A stretch of 64,000 bases of DNA from Chiloscyllium plagiosum (GCF_004010195.1 NC_057748.1:15679190-15743189); one strand, 5' to 3'; shown: positions 23,376 to 37,189, counted from the first letter of the stretch. Notes: generated by a model from the sequence alone, not told the origin. Translations and numbers: made by a program.

Positions 23376-26300
23376 TCATTAACAGTCTAACTTCCTTCAG
23401 TTCTCATGAAAGACTATTGACCTGAAGTGTTGATACTCATTTTTTTTCTCTCCACAGATGGCGGCTGACCTTCTGAGTGGCTTCACTATTTCCTCTTTGG
23501 ATTCAGTTTTCCAGGAGTATCCTTTACTTTTATTTGAAAAGCTCTTGATTGCTGCATTCAGCGTACTACACTGAATGGCTATAGCATGTAGGCTGACAGA
23601 CTCTTTGTATCTGCTCCACCACATGGGATCTGTGCTTCAGTTACTGACAAAATATATATGTTCATTTACAATGCAATTAATTTGGCCATAGTGATTAGGA
23701 TCATGGCTGTATTTAGTTCATTGGTGAGACCCAAAGGTTCTGCTAGTCCTGATGAACATCAGGCCTCAGAGTTCTACACTCATTGCAATTGCCATCTACT
23801 TTTGCCTGAGAAAGAGGGTGTAGTAAACCATGGTTTTAGATTCTGCTCCAGGAAACATGAGTACTCTAAAATTTGTATCACACTTGTGAATCTATCAAAT
23901 GTAAGAAGCTGAGGGCTGTTCAAAGAAAGTGCATCACTTTGACAATGCAGAATGTATCAGTTTGATAGTGTGGTAGATGGAGGCAAATGAGCATTTACTG
24001 ATGAAAATAAGCAATTTGGGAAATAGACCATTGAGACTAAGCCACTCTGAGTGTCACAGTCTGAAAGTGTAATAGTTGGAAAGTGTAACAGTTTGAAAAT
24101 GTACCAAAGAGAGGGCATAAATTTGAGTTGTGTCATTGTACACAAGCCTGCAGTGCCACAATTTGTTGATACATTTTATGTGAGAGTATCTGCAAATTCA
24201 GAATTATGACAATGTACCAAACTGAGAATGTATCAATCTGGGTGTGTACCAATCTGAGTGAAAGTGCACCAGTGAGGCTGCAATTATCTTACATTGTAAC
24301 AATTTGAGACTAACAATGAGTGTGCTCCAGTCTAACAGTATACCAATGATAAGGGACACAGCCTGAGTTTACCAATATGGCTGTATCAGTCTGGCAACTT
24401 AAGAGTCTGAGAGTGTGCCAATCATTGTGCACTAATCAGATTGCACCACTCTGGGAGTATAGATATCTGAGAATATATCAATAGATGTAAACATCTGCTC
24501 ATGTAGGAATATGACTGAAAGAATTTGAGAACTTTTAATGAGAGTTTGCTAACCTGAGATTAAAAGCTGAGAGTATACTGATGAGATTGTGTCAGTCTGC
24601 GAGCTCACCAATCTGAGCTTGTGCCAATTTGAGAGTGTAATATAATGCGTATACCATTCTGACAGTATACCAATGAGGATATTGCATTACACAGGCATAC
24701 TGATGAGGATGTGTCAGCTTAAATGTAACAATCTGCATCCAGCGCAATAATGTATGGTTATACAGTGTCGCAATCTGAGAGTTCAGCAATTTCATGGTGT
24801 GTTAATGAGATCGTGACAATGAACATAAATTGAGAGTGAGTGTGAGAGAGCATCAATTCAGCAGTGCGACAAGCTACAAATATACATTCTGAAGTTATAC
24901 AAGAGTGCACCAATATAGTGACTTAATCTGAAAGTGTCAGAGTCTAAGCGTGTGCGGTGGGATGACATCAATCTGGCAGTGTTATGATCTGAAAGTCTGG
25001 TAGTCAATGTATAACAATGACTGCACATCAAGCTGCCAATGCTGCAATCAGAGTCTACAGCATTATGAACAATTATCATTGAATAGTCCAACCTGACAGT
25101 GTACCAATGAGAGGATGCCAGTTCAACAATTGACAGTGTAACAGTCTGAGGTTGTACCATTCTGGCAGCAATAAGATCTCAGCAAGTATCAGTGTTAGAT
25201 GAACCAATGTTCAACTGTATCAGAGACTGCATCAATGTTGTTAATGTGCCAATCTGATTGCACTGGTGATATTGTACAAAACTTGACATGCAATACTTTG
25301 AGGAAGTAGCTCATATTCTCCTCCCAGTCAGTCTGGAGATGGAGTAAGCATTTAATTGGGAGAGATGGACTTGGGTGTGAACCCTGCCCACACAATATTG
25401 AGGTCTGTCTGCAGGCAGACCTGTCAGCCAGCATGAGGGGAGCACGCCCAGCAAATGTATTGGTGTTGCTTGTTGTCACTTGGGGAAGACCCTTGTTCAA
25501 GGACTCTAAGGTTGTGGGACATGGCATTAGGAAGGGGAGACTTGCTACGTGCCGTCCTCTTTTATTTAGATTTAAATTTGTCTCTTGTGTGACTCCCACC
25601 TCCGCATGATCCCCACCAAACCCCTCTTGCCGTCATGTACATCTGGCTGAGGTCATTCTAAAACCCTGGGCTCTCTAGTAAGTACATTTCCATCTCTGGT
25701 GGTGCTTTTGAGCAAATGAATACTGGTTTATGATTTGTTCTGCTCCTTGGAAGGTTCTGTTGCCTATTCGTTGTCTGATTGGCTTATAATGGGACCCCCT
25801 CTAAAGGAAATGACATGGTACGTTCATCCTCGACCCTCATTGCCTCCATTATATTCCCCATAAGAATACACCAATCTGCAATTGTAGCAATGAGAGTGAA
25901 TCTGTTTAAGAGTACAAGAAATTGAGATTAAAAATGGGTAGGCCAACGAATAAGAATGCACCAGTCTGACAGTGTAACAACCTGAGCGTGTGCTTTTCTG
26001 ACATTTTCCTACCAATGTGCATCAGTACAAGAGAGTATCAATGAGAGTGCACACATGACAATGCATCCAGCTGAGAATGTAACTCCGAATGGAAGAATCT
26101 GACACTACTAATGTGAGCGTACCAAAAAGATTGTTACAATCAGAATGGCTCCATCTGAAAGAGTAACAATGTCAAGAAGCACATAAGAGGGCATCAGTCT
26201 CATTGTGTAACCATTCAGAAAAATGTAACTAGCAATCTGTAGGTTCAACACTGAGAACATAACAATGCAAATATGCTAATCCAAGAGTGTGCCATTAAGT

Positions 26301-28094
26301 GAGCACTAATCATAGCATACGCCAATCTTGGAATGTGTTAATGAAGGGAGCAAATCTGTCAGTGCATATTTCTAAGCACATCAATCGTCCAGCATAACAA
26401 CCTGAGCATGTTCAATCAGAAAGCCCAGTAAGGGTGAACTGGTCTGGATGTATAATTATTTGAGTGTGTACCAATGAATGTGACAATTCGAGAGATAATA
26501 AATGAAAATGTATCTGTCTTGAAATTGTGCCATTCTAATGCACCAACCACTCTGTTCCTGTATGAGAGTGCACCATTAGAAGACCAGTCTAGCAACATAA
26601 CCATTTGAACAAGTACCAATGAATGTAACCGTCTACAAGTGCATCAACCAAAGATCACCCACCTTGAAGTGTAGCCATCTAAGAATGCAACAATCTGGGA
26701 GTTTACCAGAAAATAAATCAGAAGGTCTGCAAATCTGACAGGGTAACGTTCTGAAAATACATTAGCGTGACAGTGCATAGTGGGTAACAATATGATATGG
26801 AATTTGACATTGCACCGCTATGAGAGTGCAGCATAGTGGGTAACAATATGATATGGAATTTGACAGTGCACCGCTATAGTGGGTAACAATATGATATGGA
26901 ATTTGACAGTGCACCGCTATGAGAGTGCAGTAATGAGGTCATCAATCTAGCAGTGCAAACTTTGAAAAGTGTGCCAATGAGTGCAACAAACTGTGAATGT
27001 ACCAATCTTGCAAGATTGCCAAACATACACCAATCAAGAGTGTACCGGTAGGAGTGAGTTTGAATAAGCACCAGTTTGAGCACGTAATGATGATCTTAGT
27101 AAACTTGAATTAGCGAGTTTGCCAATGTGGATATTGCATCCAATTGGGCAGGGTCACAATCTGACAGTGTGTCATTCTGATATTGCACCAATCAGCTTGT
27201 ACCAATATGAGAGAGCAACAGTCAAAGTACATCAATGTAAGAGTGTCAAATTCTGAACATGCAGCAATTTGTATGCACCAATACACTGCACTAAAGGGGC
27301 AGAACAACTGTTCAAGGGGCTTTGAGTGTGTGTAATACTGACAGCATACCAATGAGAGTGAACTAATCTAAACTGGTAATAATCTGAGGGCATCCTTTTC
27401 TGATGTTTGTACTGATCAAACATGCATGATATGAGAGCAAGCCAGAGAAAATGTATCATTCATGAAAATCTGAAAGTGTACCAGTGTATCAATAAATATC
27501 CAAACATACTCATCTGAGAATGCAACAGGGTCACCAATCTGGCAGTTTACAATCTGGGAGTGTCCTAATCAAAATACACAAATCTGTACATTGAAATGTC
27601 TAAGAATATATCAGTATGTGCACCAAACCAGGAGTACCACTAAGCACAATGTATACCAGTCAGAGAGTAATAATCTAAGACTATCCCAAAGAAAGTGAAC
27701 AAATCTGAGAGTGTTCCAATTGAGTGAAATAATTTATAAAGAAACTGTGTGAGTTTACCAACAAAGCAGTTCCACTCTAGCAGTGTAATATTGGAGAGTG
27801 TAATCAATGTGAGTGCAGCAATAAGAGAAGAACCATGTGGGAGTAATAATCAGCCTGAACAGATTTGGCAGTGTATCAATCTGAAAATGTATCAGTGAAA
27901 GTGGAGCAATCTGAATGCAACAAACTAACAGTGTAACCATTTGAAAATGCAATAAATTGAGAGTGAAACAGTGAGCAGTAACCAGAGAATGGCAAATTTT
28001 CAGGCTCACTGAGCGTGCAATACAAGAGTGTAGTACTCTGACAGTGTATGTTTATTTGAGAACCAGTGTATTCTGATTGTATGATTATTTGAGC

Positions 28095-28154
28095 GACTCC
28101 GACTCCGACTCCGACTCCGACTCCGACTCCGACTCCGACTCCGACTCCGACTCC
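28095..28154. repeat. Perfect (GACTCC)10 microsatellite
   Basis: Direct count; abuts a PLE family-4 tail remnant (28155-28200). Confidence 0.95.
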
Positions 28155-30081
28155 CAGATGCTGTTAGACCTGCTGAGATTTTTCAGCAATTTCTGTTTCT
28201 GAGTGCTGTTTAAAGTAGCAATCAAAGTTTGTGTCAATGGGATTGACTCATCTTGAATATGTAGGGTGTACCAACTGGAGCAAGCAAAAGAGTTTACCAA
28301 TTAAAGGGCCTCAATGTGGCATTGTAACACTTTGAAAGCGAAACTGCGAGTGCCAAAAAAGAGCCACCATTCATTGTTAAAACTGAACAGCGCACTAGTG
28401 ACAATGTAAATATGTGACAGTGTACCAATACAGAGGTAGCAACCTAGGTGTAAAAATCTGAGAACCTACCAATGGGTATTCAGTACCAAAACTGAAAGTG
28501 TGAGAATCTGAGTATGTACCAATCCAATGATGAGAACCATTTTAATTATTAACCAATCTGAAAGTGGACCAATAAATGTGCACCAATCAAACAGTACATC
28601 AATCTGTGAATGAACCAATGAGACTGCACCAGCCTATCAGTTCAACAATTCAAGTATTTGCCAATTCATGTTTACCAATCAGAGTACAGCAATGACAACA
28701 AACCATTAAATATGGACCAATCATGGCATACCAATCTGTGTACCAGTGAGCATGTACCAATCTTTGAATGTGCTCATTTTCGAGTGAAACAATCTGAAAG
28801 TATGGAGTGTAACAATCTAACAGTCTGCCAAAGAGTGTACCAATTTGATAGTAGACCAGCAAGATTTTGGCAATGCACGCAAATATTGGAGAGTGTACCA
28901 ATGAGTGTGTACCAGTCTCAGAGTGTGCCAATCCAGGAGTGCATTACTGGAGAGCGTACAAATCAGAAGGTGTCAAATTGAGATTATGTTAATCTGAGTG
29001 TGCATCAGTCTAAAAAAAAATCACTGACAGGGCACCAAATTAGCATGAGAACTTTCTGCCAATATACCAGTGAGATGACAAAATGTGAGTGTACCATTGA
29101 CAGTGTTCTAAATCCAAGGTATAACAAATACTCATTTACCAAAGCCTGTGTGTGCATTAATCTGTGAATACAGCAATCTAGAAGTACACAAGTCTGAGAG
29201 TGTACTGCCAGGCATGTAATTTTTTTTTGTAATATTCTGAGGCAGTACCAATGACAGTGCATCAATCTGAGTGTGTATCCATTTCTGTTCACTTCAATCT
29301 CAGTGTACCACTAAGAGTGTACCAATCCAAGAGCTACCCAATTTGGGAGTATGTCAATCTGATAGTGTGTCAGTCTGAGAATGGGGCATTGAGAGTGTGT
29401 CAGACTGACACTGCAACAATATGAAAGTACTGTATATCAATAAAATTGGAACAATCTGAACATGTCCCATTTGATAATATATTAATGAGTTTGCACAAAT
29501 GCATGCCACACCAATTAATTGAATGTACACCAATATGGCAATTTAACAACCTGGGTGCATACCAGTTAGTCCCCTACAATCAGAGTACATGATTAAAAAG
29601 ACACCCATCTAACAGTTCAAACATCTGAGAATGTGTCAACGAGTCTACTAATAACAGTGTGCAATCACTCTGTACACAATCAGTGAATGTACCAATTCAG
29701 TATATGCGTTCACTAAATTGAGTTTGCACCGATATGAGAGTGTAATGACAAGAGTGTGCTAATCTGCATCAATCAGAGAGTAAATGTATGATTTTACACC
29801 AATCCTACAGTGTTTCAATGTGTGTGTATACCAGTTGAGTATACCAATGAGGGTGACAAGCTGAGTGCAGTAATCTGAGCATCTACTATTTAGAACAATC
29901 CATTCTGAGATGCACTAATTTCCATGTTCCACTGAGTGTGCTCCAATCCGAGAGTGTACCTGTGAGTGTAACAATCTAACAGTGTACCAATGATAATTAT
30001 AATATAACAATGAAAGTTTTCCAATCTATTGTGTGCAAATCTGAACATGTATCAACAAGAACAAACCCAATTTGTCTGACT

Positions 30082-30211
30082 AGGAAAAAGTGAGGACTGC
30101 AGATGTTGGAAACCAGAGTCTAGATTAGAGTGGTGCTGGAAAAGCACAGCAGTTCAGGCAGCATCAGAGGAGCAGGAAAGTCGATGTTTTGGCAAAAGCC
30201 CTTCATCAGGA
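30082..30211 (-). mobile_element. PLE family-1 mini-element
   Basis: Homologous to the reverse complement of 1051-1170; ends at cttcatcagga. Confidence 0.8.
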
Positions 30212-32889
30212 CAGCAATATGAGAGCAGAACAATGGAATTGCACCAATCTTGCAGTGTAACACTCTGAAAAAATACCAACGACAGTGTCAATTTGAGAGT
30301 AACCGAATTTCAGCATGTACCAGTGAAAGTTTAATAGTTTGAGGATGTACCCAGTGAGAGTGAACCATTTTGGTAGTATAATCACTTGAGAGTGTGCCAT
30401 TCCAATCTGTATCCAACAATTTTATTTTATATCAGTGACAGTGCAGCAAACTAGCAGTATAATCATCTGATTTAGAGAGTACTGATAAATTTAACAAGCT
30501 GAGGTTGCACCAGTTGAATAATGTACCACTCTGAGAATGGCCCAACCCAAGTATAACAAACTCAGTTTGTAACAATGAGAGCTTACCACTTTGAATATGT
30601 AAAGCGATCCCAACGTTGAATCTGTGTGTGGACAAATGAGAAAATACTCCTCTGAGAGTGCTCAATGATGATCATTCAATGTAAGAGTGTAAAAATGGGT
30701 GATTCAACTTGTTTGTGCACCAAAAACTCTGTGTGTCTGTGTGCTTGTACACTCATGAAAATTAATCCAAGATGTACCAATGGAATTCCATCAATTTTAG
30801 AAGATGCAAAACCAAGATTGCGTGAATCTACATGTAACAATCTAAGAATGCACCATGAAACTCATCTGAGTGCACCAATTTCAGCATATACCAATGGGAC
30901 TGCCTCAGTTTGAAAGTGTACAAATCTAACAGAACACGTGTGAATATAAAACAATGTGGTAAAAGTGAGAAAATGCACTGATGAAATTTCACCAATCTTG
31001 AAATGTAACTAAATGAATATACAAATAAGAACATCTTTTGAGTGTACTATTCCAAAAGTAGTCCAATCATAGTTTGTATCAATGAGAGTGCAGCAATTGA
31101 TAATCTTCTATTGAGAGTGTGTCCAGTAGTAAGTTTAACAGTCTGGAAATGTTCAAATGAGAGTAGAACTTTCTAGTAGTACACTGGTGTTAGGTTGCTC
31201 TATCTGAGCACGCACCCAATAAGGGTGCGCAAGTATGAGGGTATACTGGTTCGAGGGTGCACAGTATGAAGGTGTACCATGTTGAGTCTGCACAGTATAA
31301 AGGTGTACCAAGTTGGGGTGTGCAGTATGAAGATACACCGATTTGAGGGTGTGTGGTATGAGCATGCATCAATTTAAGGGTGCGCAGTCTGAAAGTGCAC
31401 CACTTTTAAGAGTGCACCATGCTGACTATATCCATTTAGATTTGAACAATTGTGAATGGTACTAATAAGAATGAACCAATATGAAAGTGCAATTTGAGAG
31501 TGCACCAGTTTTACAATCTAACAATTTGACTGTGTGCTAATGAGAATGCAGCAATGAGGCTACGCTAATCTCAGAGGTTGATAATCTAAGGGTAGTCTGG
31601 ATGCACTGATTTGAGAGTTTGTGCTCCATAAACCTTTCCATAACTTCAAGGGTGTTTAATTCTGAAAAATCCCACTCTAAACAGTCTGCAAGTTTTCAGT
31701 TGGGATTCCAAAATGCATGGATCTGCTCTGAGTAATAAATAGCAGAGAAGGAATTTGTAAGAGTGGAGAATGACAGTTTTTGCTTCAGTTTACTGAGTGT
31801 ATGGCCAGTGGCCCAGCCCAACTGCAAAATCATGAACATTCTGGTCAGTGCTATATTCAGTTTTGATGACCTTCATTTTTAGGCTCCTTAGAGATGTTAA
31901 TTAGGAGCTGAATATTGGTTGAAAGTGGTTTCACTCTTGCAAAAGTGGTTTCAGAAATGAGCCAGGCCTTTGTCATCTCAAGATTTTCCAGAAACTACCT
32001 CTCGACGTCAAGTGAAGTAAAAATCAGGCAAAATGTAAAACGGGTTTCTGATTTGTTATCATTCATTGTATACTACTGAAGAATGTCAAAATGTATCCTC
32101 TTCAGTTGGAGGATTTGAAATCAAGACAAATTTCATCTCAGCAATGAATGAAAAATAAAATTGGAACTTACTGTTGCTATGCAGGGATGTGATACACAGT
32201 GTTGTCATGGAAAAATGAATACATTTTGTATGAGTTTACAATCTTCCTTCATGAATTTACCCAGTTTTTGATGCAGCAATATAATTGACATTATATAAGA
32301 TTGAGATAAATTCACTGCAGATACACTACACTTAATCAATATTCATGAACGACAGCACTAAAGTAAGCTGTGCCTGCCTTTTGCAAGGTACTTTTTTTCC
32401 CTCTCTTTCTGGTCTCCATCTATCTATCACTCCTCCCCAGCCTATCATCAGCATGAATACTGCATTTTCCAAGGTGCTGAAGAAGGATCTAGACTCAAAA
32501 TGTTCACTCTGTTTTCTCTCCAAAGTTGGAGTCAGACCCACTGAGTGTTACTAAAACAAACTGAACTCCTTGTAGCTGACAGTTGTTCTCCTTTGGGCGT
32601 GATATTGCTCTTTCCCAGTAGTGTAACTCTGCTCTTCCCTATTGGGAGCAACTGCTTTCTTCACTGGGAATAACAGAGCTGTTTTCTACCAGGATTAACA
32701 GCGTCATTTTCCCAGCGGAAGCAACAGTTTTATTCTCTGTTGGGTGGAACAATACTCACCTCATTTGGAAGCATACTCTTCATCACTCATGGGATCTGTG
32801 CTGTCATTCAGAGATAAGCATCTGAGTTCTTTCTGCTAAGTGTGTGATGTTCATTATTAAAGCAGAACAAACTTTACTTCATCCTTTCT

Positions 32890-33082
32890 TAAAAATCACA
32901 CAACACCTGATTATAGTCCAACAGGTTTATTTGGAAGCACTAGCTTTAGGAGCACTGCTCCTTCATCAGGTGGTTCATCAGCAATGCTCTGAAAGTGCTT
33001 CCAAATAAACCTGTTGGACTATAACCTGATGTTGTGTGATTTTTAACTTTATCCACCCCAGCCCAACACTGGCACCTCTAAA
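32890..33082. mobile_element. PLE-derived hairpin mini-element (family 5) with decayed minus-strand hammerhead
   Basis: Inverted arms ~32890-32940 and ~32995-33046; reverse complement CAC-CTGATGA-A-GGAGC-AGT-GCTCC-TAAA-GC-TA-GTG; TSD tcatcctttct (32879-32889, 33083-33093). Confidence 0.75.
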
Positions 33083-33095
33083 TCATCCTTTCTAA

Positions 33096-33265
33096 TGAAT
33101 TGAATTGAATGGAATTGAATTGAATTGAATTGAATTGAATTGAATTGAATTTATTGTCACGTGTACCGAGGCACAGTGAAAAGCTTTGCCTTGTGAGCAA
33201 GACAGGCAGATCACAGAGTTAAGTAGCATAGATAGTAAATAACAGGGAAACAGTGGCAAAAACCT
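33096..33265 (-). mobile_element. (TGAAT)11 microsatellite tail plus Rex1-like 3' end
   Basis: tttattgtcacgtgtaccgaggcacagtgaaaag matches the 22180-22220 end of the Rex1-like element. Confidence 0.7.
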
Positions 33266-34719
33266 TCTTATGGATGATGTTAGAACTGCAGCCACCGTAA
33301 CTCTTGTTTGCCACTTTTTGGAATGTTAGTGCTGGAAAATTTGATGCATGTTTTATTGTCTGCTGATTTAGCATTGGCATTGGCTTAAACAAGTACTGTC
33401 ACCATCAAAATAATACCACCAAAAAAAAAAGCTGACAATAAGATCTCTAGAGATGTAAATTACTAAATATTGACCTGTACCTAACTGTGTCTAAAAGAAG
33501 AAAAGCTATTACCTGAAGTAGATAGATTAGTTGAAGCTAATGAGCTTTACTTTTCCTACCGATTTGGAGGTTAGGTAGAGACTGCCTTGTAAGTAATTAT
33601 TTGCTTCAAGTGGGGATATAAATCTCTGTCAGTGCAGAATTCCCAAGGGAATAACATGTTCTGCCTCGGTCAGCCACACAGGTAAATATTTGGCCAACTA
33701 AAACATGTGATGTCACCATGATATGTGCGGGTGTGAGTCAGCATGCGAAGTCGTTGATGCCAGGGAATTTAAAAATAAAGATTTAATTAGAATATATCAG
33801 TAATTTTATTGCTAACTGCATTTGCTTTGTCTGGAGGGAGAAAAGAAAGGGCTCTCTGCATTTTGAAATTTAAGCCTGTCAGTTGTTAATTTGTGAATCA
33901 CAGATCAGAAAATGATTAAAAATAACAAATTTCACTTGGACTGCCTCTTAAGATGTTTTAGGTTCACACCAGAACCAATTGATTCAATGAGTATCCAGCC
34001 TGATGAATCAGTCACATTTTGCCATTTCTTTTCTATATAATTCGACCCCTCATTCCTACCCCATCCTCTATAACCCAAAACTTTCATTCTCAATAACCTC
34101 AGTGCCTCCCCCTTACCCCATCCCAAGAGCAACAACACCCTATTTTTATCTAATTCCTAATAAACTCAATCTCTCCTGTCTAGTCCAACCTCAAGAATCT
34201 CAAACTTCTGCTCCTTACCTCATCTTGATTAATCTCAATGTTTCTTCCCTAAGTCATCTCCAATGAGCTGAATTGCCATCTCCTTGCTCCATACTCAGTT
34301 AAAGTTACCCTTCTTCACTATAACTTGCAGTAACATCAATGTCTACAACAACCCTCTGGCCTGTATAGCTTGAACTGTACCTCCCTCCCTCAGTGCTATG
34401 TAAATGCAATCCAGTTCCTTTCCTTACCCCGACCTCAACTCTACCTCCTTCTGAAAACACATCAAACTGCATCTGATGATTCTCTTTGGAGACAAACTTC
34501 TCTTGTGGGATCTGTTGGTAAGCAATTCAGATTCCATTGTGCTAAAGGAAGTGTCCAGATTGCTGCAAGGATCTTTAAGCATACCATAAGACATTTCTTT
34601 ACTCCAAAAGCAGTGACTGGTATATCAGTATTCCCGTAATCATGCAAATTGGATACAGAACCTCATGCCCAGAAATTCATTTATATTGTGTCCATAAGCT
34701 GACAAAAGGACATAACATA

Positions 34720-36340
34720 TAGTCATAGAGTCATACAGCACGGAAACAGACCCTTTGGTCCAACCAGTCCATTCCAACCATAATCCCAAACTAAACTAGT
34801 TCCACCTGCCTGCACTGGTCCATTTCCCTTCAAACATTCCTTATTCATGTACTTATCCAAATGTCTTTTAAATGTTGTAACTTTAGTTGCATCCAACATT
34901 TTTTTCTGGAAGTTCATTCCACACATAAACCACTCTGCGTAAAACAATTGCCATGCATGTCTTTTTTAAATCATTCTCCTCTCACCTTAAAAATATGCCC
35001 CCTAGTCTTGAAATCCACCACCTTAGGGAAAAGACACCTGTCACTCACCTTATCTATACTCCTCATGATTTTATAAACCTCTAGACACTCCAGTGAAATG
35101 TCCCCGCCTATCCAATGTCTCCTTATAACCCAAACTCTCCATACTCAGCAACTTCCTGGAAAATCTTTTCTGAACCCTCTCTAGCTTAATATCCTTGCTA
35201 TAACAGGGCAACCAGTATGTCAGAAGGGGCCTCACCAACATCCTGTACAATCTTAACATAACGTCCCAATTTCTATACTTAAAGGTCTGAGCAATGAAGG
35301 CAAGAATGCTAAACCACCTTATTTATCAATTCTGTCAAAATAGACAATTTCACACACTTTCCCATCGCACTCATTTGCTCAATCCTTGCCACTCACTTAA
35401 CCTACCTATATGCATTTGTAGGCTGCTGATGCCCTCTTCCCAACTCACTTTTCTATCTATTTTGTGTCATCAGCAAATTTAGTCACCATACCTTTGAACC
35501 CTTCATCCAAGTAATTGATATACATTGTAAAGAGTTGAGGTCCCAGCACCCATGACATCCTGTCAGTCTACTTCCCTTAGCCATATTATCCCAACACCAT
35601 GAGTTCTTACTTTCCACAATAACCTTTATCTAGCACCTTATCAAATGCCTTCTGGAAATCTAAATACAATAAGGGGAGGTGATGGCCTTGGATGTTATCG
35701 CTGGACTGTTAATCTAGAGACCCAAGTAATGTTCTAATCCTGCCATGGCAGATGGCGGAATTTGAATTCAATAAATATCTGGAATTAAGAGTCTAATGAA
35801 TCCATTGTAGACTGTCAGGAACAACCCATCTAGTTCACTAATGTCCTTTAGGGAAGGAAGCTGCCATCCTTACCTGATCTGGACTACATGTGACTCCAGA
35901 CCCACAGCAATGTGGTTGACTCTTAACTGCCCTCTGGGCAATGAGTGCTGACCTAGCCAGCAATACCCTCATCCCATGAATGATTTTTTTAAAAAGTCCA
36001 CTAGTTCCCCTTTGTCTACATCACAAGTTAATTCTTCGAAGAACTCCAATAAATTAGTCAAACATGATTTCCCTTTGACAAAACAATGTTGAATCTGCCT
36101 GATTACCTTGAATTTTTTCAAGTTCTCTGCCATAATGCCTTTAATAATAGCTTCTAACATTTTAGCTGTGACGGATGTTAGGTTTATTGGCCTGCAGTTT
36201 CCTACTTTACATCCCTCCATTTTTGAATGAGGAGTTACATCAGCAATTTTCTGATTTAAAGGAACCTTCCCTGAATCAAATGAGTTTTATTATAACCAAC
36301 ACATCAGTGATTTTGCTGTCTACCTCTTTTCAGACCCCTG
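34720..36340 (-). mobile_element. HER1/CR1-like LINE fragments with a nested SINE (35672-35990, +)
   Basis: LYRMLVRPLL..KLERVQKRF; GNCRPINLTSVTAKMLEAIIK...QHCFVKGKSCLTNLLEFFEELT. Confidence 0.85.
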
Positions 36341-36579
36341 GAATGAAATGGAATATGTGTGTGGTAGTCCCTTAGAATGAAGGTGATGTTTACTAACATA
36401 GGGACGCTGTTGTGCTGTGACTACCACACATTTCTGGATGACAAAGAAATCTCCTGCACTTACAGCCAGCCAAAGGATTTACAGATTGATAAGAAATCTT
36501 TTTGACTGTGTTATGAAGTGTGTTCCATAGCTATGAAGTCCTGAAACAGGTATTGAACTCTGAGTTTCTGGCCCAGAGG

Positions 36580-36866
36580 TAGATTAGATTCCTTCGGTCC
36601 AACAAGTTCACACCAACACTCCAGAGAGTAACCCATCCAGACCCATTCGCCTACTGCCTACTAATGCACCTGTGACTATGGGCAATTTAGCATGGCCAAT
36701 TCACCTGACCCGCACATCTTTGGACTGTGGGAGGAAATCGGACCACCCGGAGGAAACCCACACAGACACAGGGAGAATGTGCAAACTCACGCAGACAGTT
36801 ACCTGAGGCTGGAATCGAACCCAGGTCCCTGGTGCTGCAAGGCAGCGGTGCTAACCACTGAGCCAC
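36580..36866 (-). mobile_element. HE1-type SINE
   Basis: Reverse-complement gtggctcagtggttagc...gggttcgattcc. Confidence 0.88.
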
Positions 36867-37189
36867 ACTCTGCACAGAGACACAAGAGAACAGAACTTGT
36901 AGTAGTAAATTGTAACCTGAATCACTCCGGGAGAATGGGTTGGGTTGGGTTCAGGTCAGATATGTGAGTTTACTCTCCAGTCTTCATTGGGCATAAGTTC
37001 AGATAGGTTGGAGATTGGCTGTGTGCCCAAACCTAGCTCATTCCATTGATGAAGTCAAAAGATACCCCAAGGAGATTCTCAGTGGCAATGACTGCTTCAT
37101 GGAACTTCCATAATTTCTCCATAAATTCACAGCTTTGTACTTTGGGAGCACTTTTCCATGTCAAAAGCGCTGTGTATTACATGGACATT

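Larger units (their letters stand above)
23870..31620. repeat. ~7.7 kb decayed satellite, ~14-16 bp unit (TGAGAGTGTACCAATC-like)
   Basis: Variants of gagagtgtaccaat, tgacagtgtaacaatc and aatctgag recur throughout on one strand; interrupted at ~25290-25860, 28090-28200 and 30080-30211. Confidence 0.8.

Noticed and set aside
25290-25860. GC-richer insert interrupting the satellite, overlapping a 134-aa ORF
   Set aside because: No recognisable protein motif or termini; probably an unclassified repeat.
28085-28300. ORF with a poly-(ES) tract
   Set aside because: Translation of the (GACTCC)n microsatellite plus a repeat tail.
23870-31620. Many short ORFs and a CRISPR-like impression in the periodic region
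   Set aside because: The ORFs are low-complexity translations of a decayed satellite. There are no identical repeats with unique spacers and no cas genes, and the context is eukaryotic.
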